Assembly: GCA_951406725.2 (NCBI GenBank)
Contig: OX597823.1
Location: 93,496,001 to 93,560,000, forward strand
Direction: 5' to 3'
Source of the DNA: Octopus vulgaris
Taxonomy: Eukaryota
DNA: 64,000 nucleotides
The translations under genes and the position numbers were made by a program. A model generated the notes under the pieces. It searched no databases. It was not told the DNA's origin and saw only the letters and a list, made by a program, of their open reading frames with translations. Below are positions 53,576-64,000 of the stretch, piece after piece; the stretch's first letter is position 1, and each line of letters opens with the position of its first letter.

Positions 53576-55037
53576 CAATGTATGTAGGCTCAAGGATGCT
53601 GAGTTGTGAGGAAGCTTGTGTTACACCCTTGTGTTTTTGTGTTCCATCCCATTGCACATCACCTTGAACAAGTATGTCCGTGGGTTTCTTCTTCGTGTTT
53701 CTTGAGTTTCTCTTTGTTCCCCACCACCATCACTTTACATTTAGGATATCTGTATTCACGTGCCCGTTTTTTTTAATTTTCGGAGAAGGAATCTTATGGA
53801 AACGGTAAGAGACATAACAAGTAAGTGTTAACAGGGTTTTGCTCGACTAAGCCCTTTAAATTAGTGCTCCTCCAGCATGACAGCAGGTAAATAACAATAA
53901 CAAGAAAACAATGGAAATACAGAAGAAGAAAATGATACCAAATAGGTGAGGAGGTCGAATGGAAATTAGAATAGCAAGCAGATAGCATGATTACCATTGT
54001 AGGATATACTCAAACGCTGAATGATTAAGTCGTATAATTATTGATTTCAAATTTTGGTATAAGGCCAGCAATTTGTGGCGGGGGAGGTAAGTCGATTACA
54101 TTGACCCCAGTGCTCCGCTGGTACTTATGTTATCGACCGCAGTGCCATTTGAACTCAGGACGGAAGACGGACGAAATTCGGCTGAGCATTTTGCTCGACG
54201 TGCTAACGATTCTCCGCCAGCTTGCTGCATTAGAAATAATATGCTTATTAGTATCAAATTTTGGTAGAAGGCCGGCACTGTCGAAGGAGGGGTAAGTCAA
54301 TTAAATCGACGCTAATGACCAAAAAGTATTATTTTAACGACTTCGAAATGATGAAGGACAAACTCAACTCGGTGACATTTGAACTCTAAAGCAGGAGGAA
54401 ATGCCGCTAAGCATTTTGACCAATATCATAAAGGTTGTAGAAACTCAAGGCCTTTGCGTATCATATAATTATTCGCCAACGTAATTGATTTCCAGCACAA
54501 TTTTTAAAACGAAGAGAAGACAGATTCCCGATAGATTATCGGCAAATAATCTGCCTTTAAACAAAGCACTACATTCAACGTTTCCTCAAGTTTTACAACT
54601 AAAGCTTTTACGCAGAATGGTTTTAAATATATCAAAATAAAATATTGAGTTATTTGCACACTGTCTTCTCGAATATTCTTCAATGTTAACCAATTCACTC
54701 AATCGCTGATGCGTTGCTTCTAATTCAACCAGAAGTCCATTTCGACTCGGTGATTCTATTTTCGTAGAGGTGGTGATATAAGAAAGTTGATTGAAAAAAA
54801 CATTTTTGCATCATACAAGTTGTAGATAGTGCTTACATTTCCTCGGAATATTGCCGAGATTACTGTCACATGGATGGGTAGAAAGAACTGCAGTGAACTG
54901 CTGAGAATTTGAAGAAAGAGAATGTGCGTGCATTTCCCAGACAGGGGAATGAAAAGAAAATTAAATCACAGCCATTCTATTTGAAAAAAGATGGGACCCC
55001 ACTATTGAAACCTGAATTCCATGTATATATATATATA

Positions 55038-55225
55038 ACGGGAAGCTTTATGAAAATAGACAAAAGACGAAGGCAGGTGGGAAACAAACAAACAATTGTA
55101 TTAGTATGGCGCTCAGGAAATATAAATAAAACAAGTCTTTAACGTTTCGAGCCTACGCTCTTCAACAGAAAGATACACAGAGAGAAAAAAAACACAGAAA
55201 GAAGGAGAGAAAAAAAATGCGTGCA
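55038..55225 (-). mobile_element. Penelope pLTR-like end abutting (TA)n, copy 3, with hammerhead variant at 55136-55173
   Basis: Near-identical reverse complement of 35445-35633; minus strand tcttt CTGTTGA a gagc gtag gctc GAAA cg TT aaaga. Confidence 0.72.
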
Positions 55226-55393
55226 GTAACTAACGAATCAACATGGCGATCTGATTTCGGCCAGAGGTCAAAGATCAAACATGAGACGCGAGAGCGAAAT
55301 AAGGGGAGATAATAGGTTGATAATAGGGTTGAATGACCAGCTATTAGTGCGTAGGAGAGGTCTGGACGTGTGTATGTATAGGGTTGGTGTATG

Positions 55394-55424
<31 letters not shown>

Positions 55425-55426
<2 letters not shown>

Positions 55427-56039
55427 TTAACAATTAAGGATACCTTCTTAATAAGGAATCTTAACAAGAAATTATCAGGTAGTTAGCGTGAAAAACCTAA
55501 GAGAAAAATTCGATATTAATTTTTTTCTTTAGAACATATTAATTTATATTGTATAGAGGGCATTATTACACATAAATGCCTCACACTAAGAGGGACATAA
55601 GTCATTACTACCAAAATTTCACTAATCGTACCTAATGCAGTTCTTCAAAGCAAGACATTTAAAAAATGAATTTAGTTCTATATCACCTGTGATTTCACAC
55701 TTAACGCATAAAAATACGTCTATGTTCATCAGTAGAACTGATTCTGAACACATCATAAATAAACGACCAACATTACCTGGCGAAGTCGAAAAGACATCTG
55801 CTCTCTCCGGCGAAGCACATGGAGATGTTTATAAATCATATATTCGGTAAATGGCGGGCTTTTTCATATAAATCATATATTCGGTAAATGGCGGGCTTTT
55901 TCATATAAATCATATATTCGGTAAATGGCGGGCTTTTTCGAACTGCATGTCAGATACGAAAAGTTTTTTCGGAATAAATTTAACAATTAAGGATAACTTC
56001 TTAATAAGGAATCTTAACAAGAAATTATCAGGTAGTTAG
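55425..56039 (-). mobile_element. 553-bp-period non-coding element with 62-bp terminal direct repeat, hammerhead and 3x37-bp minisatellite, between (TA)n tracts
   Basis: atttaacaattaaggata-cttcttaataaggaatcttaacaagaaattatcaggtagttag at 55425-55486 and 55978-56039; minisatellite at 55831-55939. Confidence 0.8.
55674..55739 (-). ncRNA. Type-I hammerhead ribozyme
   Basis: agttcta CTGATGA acatagacgtat tttt atgcgttaagtgt GAAA tcacaggtga TA tagaact; stem I is 7/7 bp. Confidence 0.82.
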
Positions 56040-56045
56040 AAACCA

Positions 56046-56155
<110 letters not shown>

Positions 56156-56177
56156 TTGTATGTATGTATGCATGAAA

Positions 56178-56625
56178 TCTCGAGTTGTGCATGAGAAAGT
56201 AAGGAGGGATGTCAGGAAGGGCATCGCTGTTGCACTTCCAGATAATGAGGGTCTTCTTATGAAGATGGCATGCAGTGTCTGTGCAAGACCCTGCCTCAGT
56301 AAAGCTGGACTCAAGAGTCATCTTCGTCGTCATAAACCGAGACCGATAATTGACAAACAGGTCAATGGTGGTAGTGCTACACACCATACTGATCATATCT
56401 GTCAGCCATGTGGAAGAGAGTGTAATTCAGCGGGAGGACTTAAGTGACATGCAAAGGTATATGACGCCCAATTACAACTATTACCCGTAAAGGTATTTAG
56501 CTGCCAATTCTGTACAAGACATTGTAGATCTTTAGCTGGGCTAAAAATTCGCATTCGATCACAGCATCGTTAACAGTTAAGCGCCTGGTGCAATGGCCAT
56601 ACTAGATAACGAGGGGGCAGCCATC
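56178..56625 (+). mobile_element. RTE-like LINE 3' end encoding three tandem C2H2-type fingers (one in-frame stop)
   Basis: CSVCARPCLSKAGLKSHLRRH; CQPCGRECNSAGGLK*H; CQFCTRHCRSLAGLKIRIRSQH; short 3' UTR ggccatactagataacgagggggcagcc then (TA)n. Confidence 0.7.
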
Positions 56626-56630
56626 ATATA

Positions 56631-56741
<111 letters not shown>

Positions 56742-56841
56742 ACTTTTACTGTCGTGGGCTTATATACCCTAATATTAGGCTATATACTTTAGCCAATAGA
56801 ATGATCGGTTATTAGTTTTAAGCTTATTATTTACCCCACTA

Positions 56842-56922
<81 letters not shown>

Positions 56923-56926
<4 letters not shown>

Positions 56927-57025
56927 GAAACGTCTGAACCACTTGTAAATTGTTGCGTGGCTCATACACTCCTCTCTATGCACTTCCTGCAACTTTGCGT
57001 AGGCCTCTGAGAAGGTACGGCCATG
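56923..57025 (-). pseudogene. Mariner transposase N-terminal HTH remnant
   Basis: Manual translation of the minus strand: HGRTFSEAYAKLQEVHREECMSHATIYKWFRRFQ, matching the mariner G.T..E.Y..L..VYGE..MS...VY.WF.RF pattern. Confidence 0.78.
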
Positions 57026-57555
57026 ACAAGTTTCTTTGTCATCGTTAATGAATTGATCACACGCTACACATCAGCCTTCCAAGCACAGCCATAAACAGCG
57101 GAAGCGAGCTAGAACGTTAAAACTTAGTGCACATGAACAGCTGTGTTCATGGTCAATCTTTGCCAAGCGTCTTTACTCTGCGTGATTTAGTATCGTTACT
57201 ATGGCAACAGTCCGGATACTTATTGATCAGACTGCGTGTGTTTGTGTGCTTCGGGATGCGTTCTTACCTGAGTGATTCTAACCATTTATTTAAGGTGTTA
57301 ACGGTTTAAATGATACATATATATATGTTCTGTATATATTGCTCTTCCTATATTGACGTAGGTTTTATACATCCCTGTGATTTTGAATGGTCATATACAG
57401 ATTCTTACGTGCATACATACATACATCGCTGCTGGGTGTATGCAGGGATCCTTATGTGTGCATATGTGGCTATATGCGTTTTTATCTCCGTGATTATGTG
57501 TACGATCTCCTCAGAACCATCAGCTCATAAATCAATAAAATAAATTCCTCAAATC

Positions 57556-57649
<94 letters not shown>

Positions 57650-57817
57650 TTCCTCATCTTCTTCTTCTTCTGCTTCTTCTTCTTTTTCTTCTGCTTCTTC
57701 TTCTTCTTCTTCTTTTTCCTCTTCTTCTTCTTCCCCTTCGTCTTCTTCTCTTTCTTTTTCTTCCTCTTCTTCTTCTTCTTCTTCCTCTTCTACTTCTTCT
57801 ACATTTTCTTCTTCTTG
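57556..57817. repeat. (TTC)n-(ATT)n-(TTC)n compound microsatellite
   Basis: Direct reading. Confidence 0.95.
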
Positions 57818-58395
57818 TATTATTTCGTTTTATATCTCAGCTAATACATTAATGGCCGTTAATACGCGATTGTTTCTAAGCTGTACTTTAGAGATAATTC
57901 CGACATTAGAAACCAATACGATAGGAGAGGTGTAACTTTGGTGTCAACCATTGTGATATATTTACACAAAGAGCCACTGACAGAATGTCACAATATATTA
58001 AGGAACGCTACTTGCATCTTGATATCTAAGCTTCTTCTGTAAGGGCCAATACATTTCATCTTCGAACGTTTCTTCTTTACGACATGTAAATTGGCGATCA
58101 AGTCACGTTCAACAATATCAACATGCCCGCACTCCACTTATCTATAAAATACATTTATTACGCTAGCTTTTCCTATTTATTCTCCAAGAAACATCACACA
58201 AAGCTGAAACTTGGGAAAGTTTTCAAAATTTTAAGCTTTCTTCGCATCGAAGTATTTGTTACATACAGAAAATCACATCTCGGAAAATACTCAACGCTAA
58301 AAAGCTGTGGACGCTACATGTGTAATAGAGAACCGCTTTATGCTATTGGTGGTATTAGTAGAAAACATGCAGCTTACGCAAAACAATTTCCGTAC

Positions 58396-58560
58396 GGTGC
58401 CGGAGTGGCTGTTTTTTAAGTAGCTTGCTTACCAACCAAATTGTCCCGGGTTCAGTCCTACTGAGTGGCACATTGCGAAAGTGTCTTCTACTAGAGCCTT
58501 GGGCCGACCAAATTCTTGTGAGTGGATTTGGTAGACGGAAACTGAAAGAAGCCCGTCGTA
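58396..58560 (+). mobile_element. Family C SINE 5' half
   Basis: gggttcagtcc...ttgtgagtggatttggtagacggaaactgaaagaagcccgtcg. Confidence 0.85.
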
Positions 58561-58800
58561 TATATGCACACATTTATCTATGCTATGTACGTATATTTAT
58601 ATATACATGCGTGTGTGTGTGACTGTATATAAGAATACTTATACATATATTTACGTATGCATTTCTTAAAACGTGTGCGTATGCGCGTGTATCTAGTTGA
58701 ACGTAAAAACCCATATACTTGGATGTGCGGGTGTGAGCGCGTATGATAAAGTGCGTATATACATACATATATATATATATGTATATATATATATACATAT

Positions 58801-59110
58801 GGAGGCGCAATGGCCTGGTGGTTAGGGCAGCGGTCGTAGGATCGCGGTTTCGATTCCCAGACCGGGCGTTGTGAGTGTTTATTGAGCGAAAACACCTAAA
58901 ACTCCACGAGGCTCCGGCAGGGGGTGGTGGCGATCCCTGCTGTACTCTTTCGCCACAACTTTCTCTCACTCTTTCTTCTGTTGGTCTGCTCGCTTAGCCA
59001 GCAGACCAACAGGGTGGCGTCATTTCAAGGCTAAAACAATGCGAAGCGCATTGTGACCAGCGATGTGTAACAACATCTGATAGCCTGGTCGGTCACGGTG
59101 ATCACGGTGA
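58801..59110 (+). mobile_element. tRNA-derived SINE with TSD-like flanks
   Basis: tggcctggtgg A-box, gtttcgattcc B-box, tail (tcacggtga)2, flanked by atatacatatg. Confidence 0.82.
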
Positions 59111-59906
59111 TATATACATATGAATCTGTATATGTATATATGCGTATGAGTATGAATACAAAAGCGTTTTTCGTCTAAGTATTATCTTCCTCTCTACTTC
59201 CTTTTCTTTCTCAACACTTACCACGGCGATGGCTCATTACGTCATTTTCTCTAAACTAGAATTCTCACGTTGATATTTGAATTATTCGCGTTTCAAATTT
59301 TCTCCGTTTTTTACTCATTCCCAAAGTTGACGGACATTTAGCGATACGTAAAACCGAATCTCTAGTGAGACTTTAAATTTTATTTGTTTATGTACCCAGA
59401 ACGGGTCGAAACATGTGTCGTACTAAATCAAATCTTTTTTCCCATCTATTTCGTTAATACTGATATAAATATATACTGAAATTCTAAACCATTTTATCTT
59501 ACTCATTTACCCACTATATCATTTTGCTGATAATACATTTGAATTAGATTCACACTTAACCTATACAGAACCATACTGTTATAATTCACTATCTATTTCA
59601 TAGCACATGTAAAGTACATTCTAAAGTCATGCAGAAAATATATGATGCGTCTAGCATATTCCTTTAATTTAACTCATTAATACCAATAAATAACTATTTA
59701 CTAACTAACTATAAATCTCTATTAATAATAATTTGATGTATATTTATATAAATATGAAATTATTTCTACATTTTCCATCCCTATATAAGATACTAAAATT
59801 ATTAAAATCCTTTGAAATAAAACAATCTAAAAGATATTTATTTCAAATCACAAGTAGGATTATGGCTGTTAAATAGTTAAATATTGGAAGTTTCTATTCT
59901 CCCTAC

Positions 59907-60021
59907 CCCATCAGCTTCAGCCTACTAACTTTTGCTGAAATACATTCAAATCTACCAGAGTTAGGTTCTTCAAAAAGAGCTTGATTTATGGCTCTGCTAC
60001 TTAAACTGCCTCTTCCTCTAT
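59907..60021 (-). other. Possible isolated coding exon (unassigned)
   Basis: tttatctatttatag acceptor, open frame RGRGSLSSRAINQALFEEPNSGRFECISAKVSRLKLM, weak gtaggg donor; no homology recognised. Confidence 0.15.
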
Positions 60022-60395
60022 CTATAAATAGATAAATTCTAGGGTTTGTCTCCACTGAACTTAAGAGAATAATATCAAACCCCTCCCCAATAGTAAATCT
60101 AAATAACAAAGTAAATTCAGCGATAAGAAATATATCCATGATTAAATATCATTTACTACTATGTTTCTGTTGATGAGACTTGCCTCTCTGTCTATATACC
60201 TACACTCTTTTTAATGTTAGCAAATGGAATAAGTATAAAAAGGAATCTCGTCAATTTAACTAAAAAATTCCATATGCAGCTGAAGATTGCTCTACATTTT
60301 AAAACTGATGCAATACTTGCCTTGTTTAATTAAATGAAGTCGCATGAAACGATTGTACTACACTACTTTTGGATATCCTTGTTGCTTATTTTGAT

Positions 60396-60428
<33 letters not shown>

Positions 60429-62352
60429 TGTTTCTTTATTTTCTGAAGCAACGGAAACTGAAATCATGCAGATAGGAAGCAAACTATTCATATGTGAGTG
60501 TGTATGTGTGTGTGTGTGTGTGTGTGCATTCATATAGATAGATGGATTGATGGGTGGATAGATAGATAGAAAGATAGATGGATGGATTGTGGGATGTAAT
60601 TCGTGAAAAATAAACACCCTATTCATGTATATATACTCACTAGCATCGACAAATATACTTTGAGTTTCAATAAAGGTACGAAACTTACCGAGTCATAGCC
60701 AACAATTTTCAAGCAACACTATACCGAAAGATATCTGAATACAATTGAAACTGCGCTTGTCACTAGCACATCACTAGCACAGAGCCACACCACTAGATAT
60801 GCCATAATCAGCTTGGTATTATTTTCTAAGATATGGAATGCCAATATCGTCAGAGCAGGATGAAATTATTATAACGTTGTACAGAAAGTCCCCGAGAAAT
60901 ATAAAATGGTTCTTAGACCTATCTATGACTTTTAAACTAGTATGGCTGCAAATGAAAGTAGCCTAACTATCAACTGATATTTGACTCACACAAATTACGA
61001 GCTGTCTGTAGAAAGATGTTTGTAAGGACGGTAAGTAATTATTCATAGATAATTCCGGAAATATCCTAAAATAGGATTTATTAACATATTTGTTATCACA
61101 AGAATTTCCTTGGACATGAACATCTAAATATTAATGTATATAGATCTATGCATACGTCTAGATGTGCATATTTAACATTTGCGATTTGTCAAACGCTTCA
61201 AGTAATTTTATAAACAGTCGATTGCATGAAACTCAGAAATTTCTCTTGAAAATTTTATCCAAAATTTCAACAGACTATTTTCTTTTAACCATTTACGACT
61301 CTTTCAATCTCACAAATGCAATCTCGTATTTATTTTCGTCGCGTGATTTCGCTCTTATCCACGATATACAGGGAGATTCTTCCTGTTAATATTTAATGGC
61401 GTTGGACCATTGACGTATTCTTACACACCTACAAAGCAGCATTTGCTAAATTCTGCATATTTATACATGAAGAGGTGGAATAATATTCTTGATATACATA
61501 GTGAACTTACCACTGTATTGTGTGTCCACTGAAAGAATGTCTTTTTTGGATTCTGAATAGAGAAAGGTTTGTGAAATCTGTTCATTGAGAGCCTTCATTC
61601 ATTCTACTTTGGCGTATATTGTCCGTATTGCTATAGCTCTCTGTACCATCAATATTTCATCCTTGTCATATAAAGGTAGGAATAAGAGTATTCGACTCAC
61701 GATCGTATGTTTGTGAGTTCGATTTCCAGCGGTGCAATGAGCCCTTCAGCAAGACGCTTTATTTCACGTTATTTCAATCCGCTCAGCTGGCAAATCTGAG
61801 TTGTACCTGCAATTTAAAATAACAGCTTTGTCATATTATGTGTCAAGCTCAATCTCCTTGAGAATTATGTAAGAGGTTACGCGTGTCTGTGGTGCCCTCA
61901 GTCACTTGCTCGTTAATTTCACGGGCAAGCTGTTCCGTTGATCGGGTCAACTGGAACCCTCAACGCAGTAACCAATGGAGTGTCAGTTTGTTTCCCTGTT
62001 TATTTCATCATCGCCATCGTCACGGTTATCAATCATCCTTATCAACATTTTCATATTTACGTATTATTAGTATTATGACTGTAATTTTTAACCGCGTTGT
62101 GTGTGTGTACATATGTCTGTGAGTATTTGCCTGTGTGTTTATATGTATTTCGCCCTCACCACCGCTTGACAAGTGGCGCTAACTTTTTTCATGTCTCTCT
62201 TGTAACTTAACGGTTCGAAAACGAAAATTTAGAATAGAAACCGGGCTTTGAAAATATGTCATAATAGAATCTTCAGGTGTCTTAGATTGGCAGCAATACA
62301 ACGATTGATAAAGATAAAATGTAAAATACCTCCACAGAAACACACTCACATA

Positions 62353-62437
<85 letters not shown>

Positions 62438-63172
62438 ATATATATATATGTATATATATGTATATATAGATATGTATATATATTTATATGTATATATAGA
62501 TATGTATATATATTTATATGTATATGTGTGTGCATGTATTTTTGTATAGAGAAGTGCAAGTAGTGTGAAAAGTAACTTGCTTCCCAACCACTTGGTTCGA
62601 GGTCCAGTCTCACTGCGTGGCACCTTGCGCGTGTATCTTCTACTGTAGACTCCGGCAGACCAAGGACTTTTTGTTATGGAAGTAGACAAAGGAAAGAAGT
62701 CCATCATGTGTGCGTGTGTGCACGCGCGCGTGCATGCGCCTTTGAGTTCCTGCTTGTCCTCCGCCCAGCGCTTGATGACCGTAGTAGACTTCGTTGCTAC
62801 AGATATGAAACATCAGCATCGATAGGTCTTATATGGAAAATTCAGTTTTCAGGGCTCTCTTTTAATATTAGTGAGAATATTTCTGTCTAACAGATGTTAA
62901 ACGGTCTAGAAATTTTAAAATACATTTTCTGCTTTCACCATTTCGAACTCACGAAATTTGCAATATTAAATATACGTATGGAAGATATCCACTGGCATCG
63001 CCTTTATTTGATAAATTAGATTCTTCAATAAGCATACACACACACAAACATACACACAAACACACACACACACACATACACATATATATATAGATAGATA
63101 GATTGATACATACATACATGCATACATATATATACATATAAATTTGACATGAGCGATTCTTTCTTGTGTGTG

Positions 63173-63203
<31 letters not shown>

Positions 63204-63281
63204 ATATATATATGCATATATATATATATATATGCATATATATATATATGCATATATATATATTATATATATATATATATA

Positions 63282-63321
<40 letters not shown>

Positions 63322-63324
63322 ATA

Positions 63325-63360
<36 letters not shown>

Positions 63361-63815
63361 TGTATGTATGTATGTATGTATATGCATATATATAAGTAAT
63401 CTAGAGATAGTTGAAAGTGTGGTGAAAATATTAGAAGACAATAAAAATAGAAATAAAAATAAAAAGATAAACGAAAGCTGAATCATGACTTGACAGAAAA
63501 ATATATGGGATGGACAGTATAATAAAAAAAATTAAAATGAGAACAGCGTGATATCGAAGCCGACATAGATATTGTGGTACTTCAGTGACTAGGCCAGAAG
63601 TCTCTGTTCAATAGAAGCGTATGATGTGGGATGTCTCTATTCTATAGTCTAGAATTTACGAAGTAATGTCTGAAAAGATTATTAATAAAATAGTAAATAA
63701 GTAAAACGGTGAGATAAATGTATAGGTAGAAATATATATGGGAGCACGCATATTAATCTTTCTGTGTCGCTGTCTATCCCCTCTCCCCCTGTGTGTGTCT
63801 CTCTCTTTCTCTTTA

Positions 63816-63865
<50 letters not shown>

Positions 63866-64000
63866 GCTCTGTCCCTCTCTCACTCTATCTATCTATCTGT
63901 TTGTCTATATCTTTTTTACCTCCAATTTCGTTGTATACATACCTACATATAAATATATATATATATATATATAAGGAGAGAGAGAGATGGATACATACAT

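Noticed and set aside
55831-55939. 37-bp repeats as a CRISPR array
   Set aside because: Directly adjacent units with no spacers, eukaryotic context, no cas genes
56160-56447. Host C2H2 zinc-finger gene
   Set aside because: No TGEKP linkers, in-frame stop, start derived from a microsatellite, LINE-like 3' end
58801-58870. tRNA gene calls at A/B-box heads (also 40803, 29267, 30441)
   Set aside because: No complete cloverleaf; each continues into a SINE core and tail

Overview
AT-rich, microsatellite-dense eukaryotic non-coding DNA. The SINE families and (TA)n/(CA)n density suggest a coleoid cephalopod, probably Octopus; this is an inference from memory of such repeats. No confident host gene was found, and almost all listed ORFs are microsatellite translations. 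The real coding signal is all transposon-derived: a 5'-truncated Penelope-like element with an open 476-aa RT-thumb/GIY-YIG frame (51030-52460), a second decayed GIY-YIG, a decayed Tx1-like LINE ORF2 (20364-22558) plus a second 3' fragment, CR1 and RTE 3' ends, and two mariner remnants. Three patterns stand out. (1) About 12 minimal type-I hammerhead ribozyme motifs (CUGANGA...GAAA...UH with pairable stems) occur in at least 7 unrelated repeat families, mostly beside (TA)n tracts and often as inverted pairs at the ends of foldback elements. (2) A 5-kb non-coding foldback with a hammerhead at each end has an interior carrying a dense same-strand A-to-G hypermutation patch resembling fixed ADAR hyper-editing, although a long-read artefact is not excluded. 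(3) A Tx1-like LINE and a SINE sharing its 3' tail repeatedly end at the same site (GGTATTTCGT) inside a SINE head, building head-to-tail arrays. All alignments, folds and coordinates were done by eye.
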